A stretch of 64,000 bases of DNA, taken from assembly GCA_050084985.1 (NCBI GenBank), contig JBITNC010000001.1, forward strand, positions 26,474,001 through 26,538,000, in the 5' to 3' direction. Source of the DNA: Nageia nagi (Eukaryota; Plantae; Pinophyta). The notes under the pieces are model-generated. The model was not told the origin of the DNA, made no database searches, and saw nothing but the letters and a program-made list of their open reading frames with translations. Every line of letters begins with the position of its first letter. Within the stretch, counting starts at the first letter, position 1. The translations under genes and the position numbers were made by a program. Positions 52,100 through 64,000 of this stretch are shown piece by piece.

Positions 52100-54500
52100 C
52101 AACATTGGAAATCATGAGAAAACTTGGAAAAAATTCAAAACCTGCACCTAGATGGGGAAGGAGCAGATTTGGTGCAATGGGGGAGGTCTTGGAAGCAAAG
52201 ATGATGGCCTTGGAATGCTCTACAACCTCCATGCTTCAGATTTGGATTTTGAATTTTGAGATTTTTTGAAAGAAGATCAATTTTTTTTTTGAGTTTTCTC
52301 AGCCTTTATATCCTTTTTGGATGAAAAAGGTGGTTTTTAGGAGTTTGTGTAAGCCAAATTGCACAACTGATAAGTCAAAATGGTGTAGAATCACACCACC
52401 TACCTCATAGAAGTGAAAAATTGAAATTTTGGGCACTTTTAGGGCCAAGGAGGGTAGGTGCAGGTTTTAGGATGTTTAGGCAAGTTTTGAAAAATGAAAA
52501 AATGGGGGATAACTTGCAAAACCAGCGCCTACCTTTTAGGGCGGCAAAAATTAGTTTTTGAGCAAATTTGCAAGAGGCAAAGATGCTTGCATTTGGATTT
52601 TGAACCCTACCTTTCTTTCTTATTTTGTTTTTGAGATATTTGTTTTTGAAAATTTTGGAAAATTTTGTAGCTCTCCCATTGGCTGATCCAAATTTTGGGT
52701 TTTTGAGGGAGTAGTTCAACTTTTTTCCAAAAACTTGAAACATGAAAGAGATGCAAAATTGGATTTCCCATGCTCCTAGGATCAATTTTTTTTTATTTTT
52801 GAGCAAAAATGAGGGCTTGCAAGCTAGGCGCAAGTTTAGGGGCTTTGGCATGTTTTTGGAAATTTAAAAAATGGGGGAAACAAGACAAAACTGCCGCCTA
52901 GCTTTTTGAGGGGGTAAACTTGATTTTTTTGCAACATTGCAAGAGGCAATGTTGATCTCCTTTGGATTTTGCACCCTACCTCACTTTCCTTTTTCGATTT
53001 GACCAGTTTTGGAAACTTTTGAGAAAATTTGGAGCCCTCTCATTGGTCAATTGAAATTTGATGATTTGAGGAGGTAGATTTCTTTTTGTTGAAAAACTAA
53101 AATCATCAATCTTATGTGAAATCCCATCCTATGCCCCTTGAAGGTCAAAATTTCCAATTTTTTTCACTTTTGGGGCACAAGAAGGGTAGGTGCAGGTTTT
53201 GAGGTGTTTGGGTGTTTTGAAGATTTTGAAAAATGAGGGAAAACACCCAAAACCAGTGCCTAGCTCTAGGAGGGTCAAAATTTGCCTAATTTCGAAAATT
53301 CCAAGAGGAAAGGTGCCTAATTTTTTATTTGCCACCCTACCCTACTCTCAAATTTTCATTTTGACACTTTTGGAATTTTGGAAATCTTGGAACATTCTCA
53401 TTGGCTGCCCTTTTGCTCATATACCTGTTTTTCTCACTTTCGATGGAGCAAAACGATTCGAAATCACGAACTTGAAAGACCAATTTGATGTAGAATTGTG
53501 ATCCCTTGCTTCTGAGCTCAAAAATTGCCATTTCTGATCAATCTGGGCCTCCCAAAAGTTAGGTGCAGGTTTTGAAGAGATTAGGCCATTTTTCGAAATT
53601 TACTAAGTGAGGGAAAACTTGCAAAACTTGGCCCTAACTTTTCGGGGGTCAAAATCAAGTTTTTTTGAAATTTTGAAGAGTAGAGTGGCCTTAATTTGTC
53701 ATTTGGCACCACACCTCTCTCTCGAATTTTCATTTCGAGCATTTTGTAAAAAACTCAATTTTCGGGCTCAGACCAAAGCTTTTTGGAGGCCAAAACGCTC
53801 ATTTCTTGATCCTGGCCCACAAGGGTGCTCAAACTTGTTTTCCTTGTTCATCCCGGGCTATACTGTACATTCTTGACCTTCTCTGTCTTTTACAGGCCCC
53901 AACGGTGCATTTCCAGCCCTTTTTTGGCATTTCTGGGCTCTAAGCATGAATTTCAACCATTTCTAGCTTTTTTGGACATTTTTGAGCTCAAACAGTGAAA
54001 AAACAATCATTTCCGGCGTTTCTAGCATTTCAAGCTCAAAATCTACATTTCTGGCCTTTCCGAACTCAAGATATGCACAAATGCTCATTTTCGATTTTTT
54101 CGGGCATTTCCAAGCACTTTGAGCTCAAACTTGCATTTTTGGTCATTTTTGAGCTTTTCGGGCCCAAACTATGCTAAAAACGCACATTTTCACTATATTG
54201 ACCAAGGTCGAACTCAAAATTGACTAGAACGTGCTTTTCGGTGCTGTAGACCATCTTCTGGGTCTTCGAGCTCAAAATTGAAAAAAAATGCACTTTTATG
54301 TGCTGTTGACCATTTTCTAGCTCTTTAGGCTCAAAATTGACAAAAACTGCTTATTGGATGTAGATGCCCTTTCCAGGTTCAATTTGTGCAAAAATGCGCA
54401 TTTTCATCATCTTAACTGTATCCATTGATCCCAGGGCTCAAACTTGATGGAAAACGCACCTTTTGTCATCTTGACACCTTTGTTGCTCAAAATTGCCAAC
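52100..54500 (-). repeat. Degenerate repeat arrays upstream of the W ORF
   Basis: Roughly 370-bp blocks with TAGGTGCAGGTTTT, GC(G)CCTA and CATTGG motifs (52430-53650), and short GCTCAAA-cored units (53880-54500). Confidence 0.65.
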
Positions 54501-55071
54501 ATGATGCCTTTTCCGCCTTGGAGGTCATTCACTCAAAACTCCATTGTGTGGTTGTTGTCGTAATCCACAACTCCGTCCTCTGAGACATGGCTGAGCTGAA
54601 TTGTTTCCATGACTCCGGGGCATGCTTGTCTGCTACTTTGATCATCTAGCCGTTCTGAGTCTCTATACCGGCGTAGTAAGTTGATCATGCCCAGGCAATG
54701 TTGCTCATTGTCGTTTGAAAACATTGGGTCCCCAAAATGCTGCATCTTGGGTTGTGTTGTGCAAACACAACAGTTTGAAGTCTCCAAAATCTGAATGAGC
54801 TTCTCTTCTTGCAATTTTGAAATGATGCTCAAGGATTGCGAACTTGCTTTCCAATTTTGTGTGCTTCTTTCTCCCACCTCAACGTCTTCTTTTATAGGGT
54901 CCTTTAAAATTTTCGAATTGATATTTTCCCTCCAAATTTCCAGGCGACTTATTCCTCAAATAAAATAATTTTTCCGAAATAAAATATTCTCTTCTCTCTT
55001 AATTAATTCCAAAAAATTTCGAATTGATTATAATAAGGAAATAAGGAAAATTGGAATCATAAGGAGATACT

Positions 55072-57763
55072 TGAAAGGAAATAGGAAAAACTTATATTGA
55101 TACAATGAGAGATGCCTATAAATAGGCATTTACAAGAACGAATACCATGGTTTGAGCACATGGTATTGTGCACATGGTTTTACAAAACAACGGTAAACAT
55201 TAAATGATCGTAAACATTCAATGACCGTAAACATTAAATGATAACTAACTTAGGGACTCTAAAGTTAGATACCCTAGCAAGCTTAACTAACTCTAACACC
55301 CCCCTTTAAGCGAGGCTAGGAGGTAGTAGACATAAGCAAACTAGTACAATATGGGTCCCGGCAACAAGGCCTGATGAGGTACCCATTAACAAAATGAATC
55401 AAGCACAAAGAAGTTGTAGAGTGACCAAAGATAACGAACATGTGCAACTGAAGAACAAAGAACCTCCAACAAAAGCTGGATCAAAGAGTCACTACTCGAT
55501 CAACACAAACAAAGAGAGTCCCTCAACCTGAAATTAGGGCACGAACTTTTCTTTGAAGAGCTTGTTGATGATGCAAAAGGCACACCAAATGGTACCTAGA
55601 ACCCATTAACACTGTACCAAAAATGGTACAAGGATCCATGAAGGAAGTCGATGTCGAACTCAGGAACACTGTCGAAGAAGATGGATCACCAAAACTCATT
55701 GTGCCAAGATTCAACACGATGAAGAGAACTACAGAGTACGAGCAACCAAGAGAAAGGGTGTGCAAAATAAGGCACACTCGCATGAAGGTAGACAAGGTTG
55801 TGACCATGACACAACAAACCCCCATGGCACTTTATAATTCAATGCAAGTACAATGAGCTCCAAAATAACATAAATAGAAACTAATACAAATAGAAGTCCT
55901 CCCAACTGGAACATGAAGTAATCCCCCATGAAAGATGCTGATGACCACACAACTTAGTAGAGAACAAGTCCACAAACGATGACTGTTAAAAAGTCAACGG
56001 GAGCATGAGGAATGATAATGCAGTACTAAACATCAACCAAAGTGATGTTGAACAAAAGTTCAAGACTACAATAAGGTTTGAACCTCATGATGTATCTCCT
56101 AGGAACCTATCAAAACAAAGTTGTAAATAAAGCCCCCCCTTAAAATTTGCCTTTATAAATTAGGCTTACAACCAATTTCATCAAAAACTATTCGAAGTCT
56201 GCTCCACAATGCAAAAAACGGCACTCAAAATGAAGTCCGTTTGCAAAAATTACGGAATTAATTCGTTTTGGAGCAAAAAATTAAATTTTTAATGCCCAAA
56301 ACATTAGAAAAATTTAATTAAATTAAAAACAGTGAATTTAATTAAATTTAAATGGCAGAACTCCAAATTGTGATTCATGATTGATGGGGGAGGCAAAATG
56401 GGTCATGCAGCTACTCAAAACGATCGGAATGGAATGAGGAACATCATGAAAGTGTCCGTTCCCAAAAATGAGCCCCGATGAAAGCACAATCTCGAAAAAC
56501 GTGACTGTTACACAAGCTGCCCCAATTAAATTGAAAGCTGAATCATCAAACACTCGTAACTTCCTCAAACGAGCTCGGATTCTAATGATCCAAAAGACAA
56601 AATTGTGTAACTCAAAAAAGGGTATCCGATTATGCTGCCAGAAATCAAATTTGATGAACAGCAACTTCAAAAATTGTGCCTATCTTTTTCATGACGTTTT
56701 CGAGCAAGTGAAGGGCACAAATCTCTCGTAGCAGGAAGAACATACCCATTAGACAGCAAAGAGGCATGCACAGTCAGCAAGGTCGTAACGTCAGGGGACG
56801 GACGCGAACAGAGGAGCAGCTACGTAGCAGGCGCGAAAAGGGCGCGAGCTCTGAAGTCAGCGTCAACGAAAAACGGAGGCAGCGGAACGCGCGCGAGCGG
56901 CGAAAGAAGGCTGACAGCTAAGCGGCAGACAGGAGGGCCGCAAGCAAAGACGCGCGAGGAGTCGAGTGAAGGATGCGCGGCCAGATCTGGACAGGTTCAG
57001 CAGGCGGCAGTGGACGGCAAGGTGCGAGGTGGTGAAACGACGCAGAGCAGCAACGGCAGAGGCAGGAGGCGTGCTTCTAGATGCAAACGAACTCGCCGCC
57101 AAAGGTGCCAGCTACAGAATGCGCCATCGCCAATTTTGATTCCCATGAATTAAAATTCATGGCCTTGTTGCAAAGGAATAGAATCAAAAGATCACCAATA
57201 TCCACCACCGTCAATTTGATTCCCATGAGTTAAAAACTCATGGCCTTGTTGCAAAGGAATAGAACCAAAAAGATCACCAATCGGGAATGGCACAACAAAG
57301 ATTAGGCCTCCCACAAATCCATCACTCTTTCTCCTTCACAAAATTCATTAACAACCACCAAACTACGTAGATTTCCTCTCCACAAAGAGCACAAACACAG
57401 GTCATCTACCACACATCAAAAAGCAGCAAAAAAAAAAATGGAGATGAGGGGGGGATTGGCGTAAAGAGGCCAATCCCCCCTCACAGATTTGCTGATCAAA
57501 TTGAGGGAGATTCAGAGGTCGACCCGCTCTGATACCATGAAAGGAAATAGGAAAAACTTATATTGATACAATGAGAGATGCCTATAAATAGGCATTTACA
57601 AGAACGAATACCATGGTTTGAGCACATGGTATTGTGCACATGGTTTTACAAAACAACGGTAAACATTAAATGATCGTAAACATTCAATGACCGTAAACAT
57701 TAAATGATAACTAACTTAGGGACTCTAAAGTTAGATACCTAGAAAGCTTAACTAACTCTAACA
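55072..57763 (-). mobile_element. Young non-autonomous LTR element (2,692 bp; large-TRIM/LARD-like, no coding domains)
   Basis: ~227-bp LTRs at 55072-55298 and 57538-57763, nearly identical; PBS GCTCTGATACCA (57526-57537), PPT CCCCCCTTT at 55299; perfect TSD ATACT. Confidence 0.93.
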
Positions 57764-58959
57764 ATACTGAAAATGGAAAAGTCGTATACCTAGATGAGGG
57801 AAATATGCCTTATTGTGATACTTAAATAAAGACTTTCATGTTGATTTAGCTGCAGACTATTGGCAGAATGTTGGACAATTTCATTATTGTTTGATTTTGA
57901 GTCTGCAATTAGAGATTAATGCATGAACAGTAGATTACTATTGAGTAATTAGAATTTACAGTATCTATGGCAGTATGTTTATTATTTGATTTTTTGCATC
58001 AACTGCTGATGCTTAAGAGGGGGCAGTCATGCCTTACCTGCCTAGGAATGTAGGATTACAGCAGTCACTGAATTCTCTTTTCCATGTTTGTAGTGACCTG
58101 AGATAGTTTGAATTAGTTGTCTGCCTATTCTTGAATGTAAAGGATGATACTTGCTAGCTTTCTAGAAATCTCTGATGCTATGATTATCTTATGAAGGAAG
58201 AGGCGATTAACAGGTCCTTTTTATTGAACCCTTCTTTCTGACTGTATTGTACACTACCCTTTCCATTCCTAAGGTTGGTAATATCTGTATGAATGGAGTT
58301 ATGATCTTAGACAAGGAATTCGTGTTTGTCACAGCTATATTCAATGAGATAGATTGGAATTAGGTAATATCCATAATATGAAGCTTAAATTTTTTTTTTT
58401 TGTCAACTCTAGTCTATAGAACTCATTATGAAAAGACAGTTCTAACTTATAATTGGTAGAGAAGCTTAATTTAAATTTATCATTTAATACTTCAACAGAG
58501 AGCCTTCTAACAGTAGGTAGAGCATTGGTTCATGATTCCTGAAATTCAATTCAATTGGAGATCACATTTGTCACAGAGATAGAAAATTGTATGATTGGAA
58601 CATTGTATATAAGTCTTCTCTGGACATATTGTATTATCTTTGTACTTCTTTGTTGTGGTCATGGGTGGAGGAATAGAGGACAAGTCCCGTTTGTACCTTA
58701 GAAAAGTGAAAGAATCCACAAAACTTTCATTGGTGTTTCCTAACTTTCTCACTCATATTCTCTGAGAGGTACTTCATGTTTGGTTTCCTAAAATCTTTAG
58801 TTGCAAATGTGGTGTAAAGATTAAATTTCTATCCTACTAAACCACTTTTGGTATTGCTCAGGTTCGAAGTGTTTCAGTTTTCTTACTCTTACTGACATTT
58901 TCCCCTTTAGCTGAATGTTTGTTTAATTTCTAACTACTAGTTTTCTGGTTGGATTTTAG

Positions 58960-59113
58960 TTGTATCCGAGGTGACCCAACCATCGAAGAATATTATGCAC
59001 TAGCAAGGGAGGCAGAAAAACTTGGGGAGGACATACAAGAGAAAATCATGCAGTCACGTGCTGCTCAACAAGCACTAACCCCAGGAAGGCTAGTGGTTGT
59101 TCGTACACCATTG
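58960..59113 (+). CDS. SKI2: SKI2-like helicase, internal exon (start of arch/insertion domain)
   Basis: TTTTAG| acceptor; first base T completes the split codon GA+T=Asp from the previous exon. Then CIRGDPTIEEYYALAREAEKLGEDIQEKIMQSRAAQQALTPGRLVVVRTPL and |GTATGT donor. Resembles plant SKI2 'ECIKGEPAIEEYY...GRVVVV'. Confidence 0.9.
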
Positions 59114-59823
59114 GTATGTTTTTTTAAATGACTTTAATTTAAGTACCTATAATTTTGTATTTAGTTTGCCTTTCAAGAAAGAAATAAATGGAACATATTT
59201 GATGAATTAAACTAAAGGACTAAATTTTCTGCAAGCTAATTGTATTCAGAGGGATGGAATTGAAAGAAATCTTCACTGGTGTGTTGATTTCATTATGAGA
59301 TTGTATATATTTATACATACAAACAATGACAAGTCATGCATGTTAACAAACAATCACTGAACCTATATGTGCAGTATAAAACAATATCATAAGACTATTG
59401 TGAAATAGCAACCTATAAAAAACCCTATGAAGTAATAATTGCTAATACCCCCCCCCTCCCTTTTATATCAATCTTTAAATGGGGATAGTTTACCAATAAC
59501 TACTTGATCATGGAATTAGGTATGATAGTTCGTCAAAACATAAGGTATGAATAGAGGACTCGCCTCACTACTATTCTTCATTTGATCATGGACAAGAACA
59601 TCCATGATTCTCTACTTCAATTGGATAGGGACACACACACTATCCAAACACAATAGTTGTGAACCAGGATACACACAATTGCTCACCTACTTGTGATTGG
59701 GGATAAACATAACCAATCACAAATAACTGGAGAGGGACACACACTATTGTTTAAACATATGATTGGGGACATACATGCCAGTCATCTTCAACAACTATGA
59801 TTGGAGACAAACAGGTCCAATCC

Positions 59824-62800
59824 TGATCCAGGTGGATATTGGTGACCATCTGCCTATTCCACTTGGATATTGGATAACTTACTATTTTTAGCAGTTTTTG
59901 GGTCCTGAACTTCCGGAGCCGTTTTGAGGCCCTAAATGACGTTTTTTGGGCATCGTCATTCATCATTTCATGTAATGAAATTCGTCTTACAAGTTGTAGT
60001 CTTCGAATAGATCTTTCCAACGAGGTATCATGTGCATCAAACGGAGATAGTATGCAAAAGTTACGTCCTGGGAAGTTGAAACACCAATTTACCCAAACGG
60101 GGTCCATAGTTTTGGCACTTCATCTCCTAAGGTTAGGTTTTTGGGATGTTTAGGGTTCTCCATTGTTTCTCAATAATAAATAGGCCCTCGAGCCTCATTG
60201 TAACAGAGTTCAGAAGCCTGTAGCCGTAACATCTCTTCTCAGAGATAGCTACCAGTGCTCTAGCTAGTTTTATTTCCAATCTGTCTGTAAGCAAATTTCA
60301 TTCTATGACTTTAATGGAATGAAGTGTTATTTCCGCTGCATCTCTATATTTATGGTTATATGTTTATTCTATTGCATTCCTACATAAATCCGGATCAGTG
60401 GTATCAGAGCGATCTGCTTTTTTCTCGATCCTTCTTTGCATGTCTCCAACGAGGTCAGGGTATAAGGAGCTAGGGCTTGATCTGGTGGAACCTTTGCAAG
60501 ATCAGCCTCGCAAACCTCGACGGACACCCATGGGGGATGAAAAGAAAGATGAGGGAGCAGGAGATCCTATCAAAAGATTGCTCGAGGAGGCCCTCGAAAC
60601 ACAAAGGAATGTGATGATGGATAACTTTGCTCAGATCCTTCAACGGTTACCTATCGGCGGCGCATCTGCATCTAGTAGCCACTTTGGAGTTGCAACTCCT
60701 TTTAAGGTACAAGTAAATTTTGACATTCCATATTTGAGGGTCAAATAGATGCCGATGCCGTAGATAGATGGTTGAATCTATTAGAAGGATATTTCTCTGT
60801 GCATGACTTTTCAGATTGGGAGAAGATTATTTTTGCACTCCTCAAAGCTACCCCCCATGTTAAGGATTGGTGGGAAACCTACTGTGAGAACGAGGACCAG
60901 ATAGAACCCTCTCTGTTCTCGGCCATATCAACTTGGAATTCTTTTCGAGATGCCATCAAGGAATAGTACTATCCTGTGGGGAGCTATGAGGACAAGTACA
61001 TACAATGGATCACGCTGCGACAACAAAGGGATCAAGATGTGCATGAGCTGACGAATCTGTTCCATACCCTGCGTACAAAGTTGGGTATCAAAGATTCAGA
61101 GAAACATTTGGTGCTAAAATATCGCAGCTGTTTGCATAGATACATTCAGGAGGAAATGGAGTTCCTCGACATCTCCTCACTTGGTACGGCATACCGGTAT
61201 GCTGCCAAGATTGAGCAAAAATTCAAACAGAAGAAGCGAGACTTTGGATCTGCGAATCAAAAGCAAGGGAAAGATGCTTCCAAACCGCAGAACAAAGGAC
61301 AGAGCCAAGGCATGGCGGCCAAAGACAACTTGTCAAAGTCAAAGAAGGACACAGGAAAGTGGTGTGAGTTCCATAAGAGCTCCACTCACAACACAAGTGA
61401 GTGTCGAGCCAAGCAGTCGCTAGTGGCCGAGATGAGGGCTTCTGAGTCAGATGCATGCTCTGACTCCGAATCAGAACCTGAAAAGGGGAATGAAAAAGGG
61501 AAACAAATTATTGATGCAGATCCCAATGCCATTGTTGCCACTACAAAGGTCCAGAAGGAGGAACCGGAAGATCCAGAGGAGGAGGAACGTCTCTTCCACT
61601 CCCAGATGTGGGTAAAGGGCTCCCCTGTACAGTTCCTTGTCGACAATGGGAGCCAAAAGAACCTCATTTCAGCAAACACCGTGAAGCGGTTGGGCTTACC
61701 AACCATCGCTCACCCACATCCATACACCATCGGGTGGTTTCACCAAGGACGAGATCTTCGCATCAGCCAGCAGTGCCGCCTTCCCTATAGCATCAAGCCC
61801 TTCATAGATGAGGTATTATGTGACGTTGCTCCTATTGATGCTACTGATGTATTATTAGGACAACCATACTTGTGGAAGCGTCATGCTGTGTATGAGTCTC
61901 GACCTCATGCTGTTATTATTACTTTGGGAAATAAGTTGTACAGGATACCAGAGGTACCACCTCCTATGGCTATCTCCTTGGTTACTGCAAAACAATGCAG
62001 TAAGCTCATTTCCCAAACTAGGAAATTCATTTTCCTGATGATCTGCCCCCAGGGCAAGAAGAAGAATGTGGCCACGACCTCCAGACAGGGCCCCTCTACA
62101 CAACAACAACAAATGGATAAGGTTGTGGAGGAGTACAGGGACATCTTCACCTCACCCATAGGGGTTCCTCTGCACTGTCAGGTCAAGCACCCAATTGATC
62201 AGACCCCAGATGCACCGCTACCCAATGGACCGATCTATCAATGCTCTATTCTAGAAAATAATGAAATCAAGAGGCAGATTCAAGTCGATTCAGCTCACAT
62301 CCAATCTGAAGTTGACAAAGCAAGTAGCTTCATCGAGCGCATTCAACACATCCGCCAACAGGTTCATGATATATTGGACAGAGCCAATGTAGAGTACAAG
62401 CAGCACCATGATCAACACCGGGTGCCACACAACTTCCAGGTGGGAGACAAAGTATGGCTACATTTGCAGAAGGAGCACCTCACTAGACCCCATTGCAAGC
62501 TTCGCCCGCTCCGATACGGGCCATACAACATCACCAAGGCTGTAGGGAACCATACTTTCAAGCTTGGGATTCCACCATTCCTTGGACTGCACCTAGTCTT
62601 CAATGTGGATCACCTTCGTCCTTACTTCCCACTTCTACTGGACACTTCGAACATTGCCGAACAACTCCTACACCAAGGAAAGTGGTTCACCAAGGACCAA
62701 GTTCAGCAAAAATTTCCTCATCTCATGGAGGAACTTAATGCAATGGGGACCATTGCTTTCTAAGGGGGGAGGAATGATCCAGGTGGATATTGGTGACCAT

Positions 62801-63348
62801 CTGCCTATTCCACTTGGATATTGGATAACTTACTATTTTTAGCAGTTTTTGGGTCCTGAACTTTCGGAGCCATTTTGAGGCCCTAAATGACGTTTTTTGG
62901 GCATCGTCATTCGTCATTTCATGTAATGAAATTCGTCTTACAAGTTGTAGTCCTCGAATAGATCTTTCCAACGAGGTATCATGTGCATCAAACGGAGATA
63001 GTATGCAAAAGTTACGTCCCTGGAAGTTGAAACACCAATTTACCCAAACGGGGTCCATAGTTTTGGCACTTCATCTCCTAAGGTTAGGTTTTTGGGATGT
63101 TTAGGGTTCTCCATTGTTTCTCAATAATAAATAGGCCCTCGAGCCTCATTGTAACAGAGTTCAGAAGCCTGTAGCCGTAACATCTCTTCTCAGAGATAGC
63201 TACCAGTGCTCTAGCTAGTTTTATTTCCAATCTGTCTGTAAGCAAATTTCATTCTATGACTTTAATGGAATGAAGTGTTATTTCCGCTGCATCTCTATAT
63301 TTATGGTTATATGTTTATTCTATTGCATTCCTACATAAATCCGGATCA
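59824..63348 (+). mobile_element. Internally deleted CRM-like Gypsy element G4 (3,525 bp)
   Basis: 574-bp LTRs with TGAT...ATCA ends (59824-60397, 62775-63348; ~6 differences); PBS 60399-60410, PPT GGGGGGAGGAA; perfect TSD AATCC. Confidence 0.95.
60530..62763 (+). pseudogene. G4 gag-protease fused in frame to the integrase C-terminal tail; RT/RH/IN core absent
   Basis: WCEFHKSSTHNTSEC, FLVDNGSQKNLIS, HPHPYTIGW, then EIKRQIQ runs directly into ...FQVGDKVWL...RYGPY...VFNV. One frameshift and one stop in the N-terminal gag. Confidence 0.85.
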
Positions 63349-63413
63349 AATCCCTTACTTCATCTCGTGAATGGGGAGAAACATATCCATTCATCTCATC
63401 ATCATGTGAATGG

Positions 63414-64000
63414 TGTGACGTTCCCTTTTAGAAGTCATTTCTTTTAGGGGTACTTTTGTAGTTAGGAGCATTTATTTGTTAGTTGCATGTGTACGTAGGC
63501 TTACAATAGCAAACTTGTGGGTCCCATGGACCAATTGTGAGCCCCAAAGTGGCACGTATCCGTCCTAGAGATAGATTAGGAGCATTTAAGTGTAATATTG
63601 TGGATCCCAAGGCACAACACATGATTAGAAGGTGAGCACATGATTGGGAGTGATCCCAAGGCATGATGTGGACGCCCAAACATGACATCTCCTTGAGGGG
63701 TTTGTGGATGCCCAACCTTGAGGGAATCCTATTTATATGGCTGGCGTAGGAGTAGGAAGCCATCACTGAGCACATTGACATCTTCTATACTTAGAGTGGC
63801 AGCACCATCTCTTGGGCCTCTTGTTGGATGGAAACCCAACGTGGAGAAGGGTTTAGTGGGACATAGCCCTCACTAGATCTTGGCTAAGGATGAAAACCCT
63901 TAGTCAAACCAATCTTGCAGCTTAGATCCGAGGGTTGAAAGCCCTAATAGTGTGATGTTAGCATTTGGAGAGTGTATGCCCTAGATCTGGTCCATTGAAC
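63414..64000 (-). mobile_element. Z-like LTR end, continuing beyond the window
   Basis: TGTGACGTTCCCTTTT approximates the reverse complement of the Z2 terminus AAAAGGGGACGTCACA. Confidence 0.55.

Larger units (their letters stand above)
39973..54772 (-). mobile_element. Element W: divergent giant solo-LTR-like element (~8.1 kb net) with homologous long ORF; interrupted by G2
   Basis: TGTTGGGATGCTTTTCTTTTCC at 39973 (like the X/Y end) and TGTTGTGCAAACACAACA at 54755-54772; perfect TSD GTTTG (39968-39972 / 54773-54777). Confidence 0.9.
16973..58959 (+). other. Giant phase-2 intron (41,987 bp) of SKI2 filled with nested retroelements
   Basis: GT...AG; reading frame and protein homology are continuous across it; ~40 kb of TE-derived sequence lies between AT-rich native intron flanks. 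Confidence 0.88.

Noticed and set aside
51137-57102. Numerous 60-150-aa ORFs in the ORF track
   Set aside because: F/K/L- or A/R/S-biased translations of repeat arrays and a GC-rich leader, with no recognisable motifs.
17875-57830. Single outermost LTR enclosing the whole intronic TE block (TGTTGGTGAGG at 17875; LTR-like promoter at ~54890)
   Set aside because: No matching CA terminus with the expected GAACC TSD was found; left unresolved.
59340-59823. Possible additional decayed retroelement flanking G4
   Set aside because: Repeat-like composition, but no termini, TSD or protein motif I can support.

Overview
Eukaryotic plant genomic DNA, most likely a large-genome gymnosperm (inferred from giant introns, low CpG and conifer-type LTR families). 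The only host gene is four internal exons of a SKI2-type DExH RNA helicase (+ strand: 15594-15701, 15909-16058, 16854-16972, 58960-59113). They are separated by a ~42-kb intron and preceded by a >15.5-kb intron, both filled with nested LTR retroelements. These include two chromodomain Gypsy copies, one degenerate Copia, a gag-PR-only Gypsy remnant, a CRM-like internally deleted Gypsy, a young non-coding LTR element, several solo LTRs and a hAT-type MITE. The most unusual feature is three independent insertions of one 6.5-8.1-kb element family (954-7472 +, 546-14326 -, 39973-54772 -). Each has TG...CA ends and a 5-bp TSD like a solo LTR, but no gag/pol and no paired LTRs. Each carries an 18-bp terminal hairpin, an array of short repeated motifs with a TATA box, one decayed ~1,100-1,200-codon ORF of unknown function, and a second LTR-type TATA downstream. 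The best reading is giant LTRs carrying their own protein-coding cassette in U3; a new integrase-mobilised element class is the alternative.
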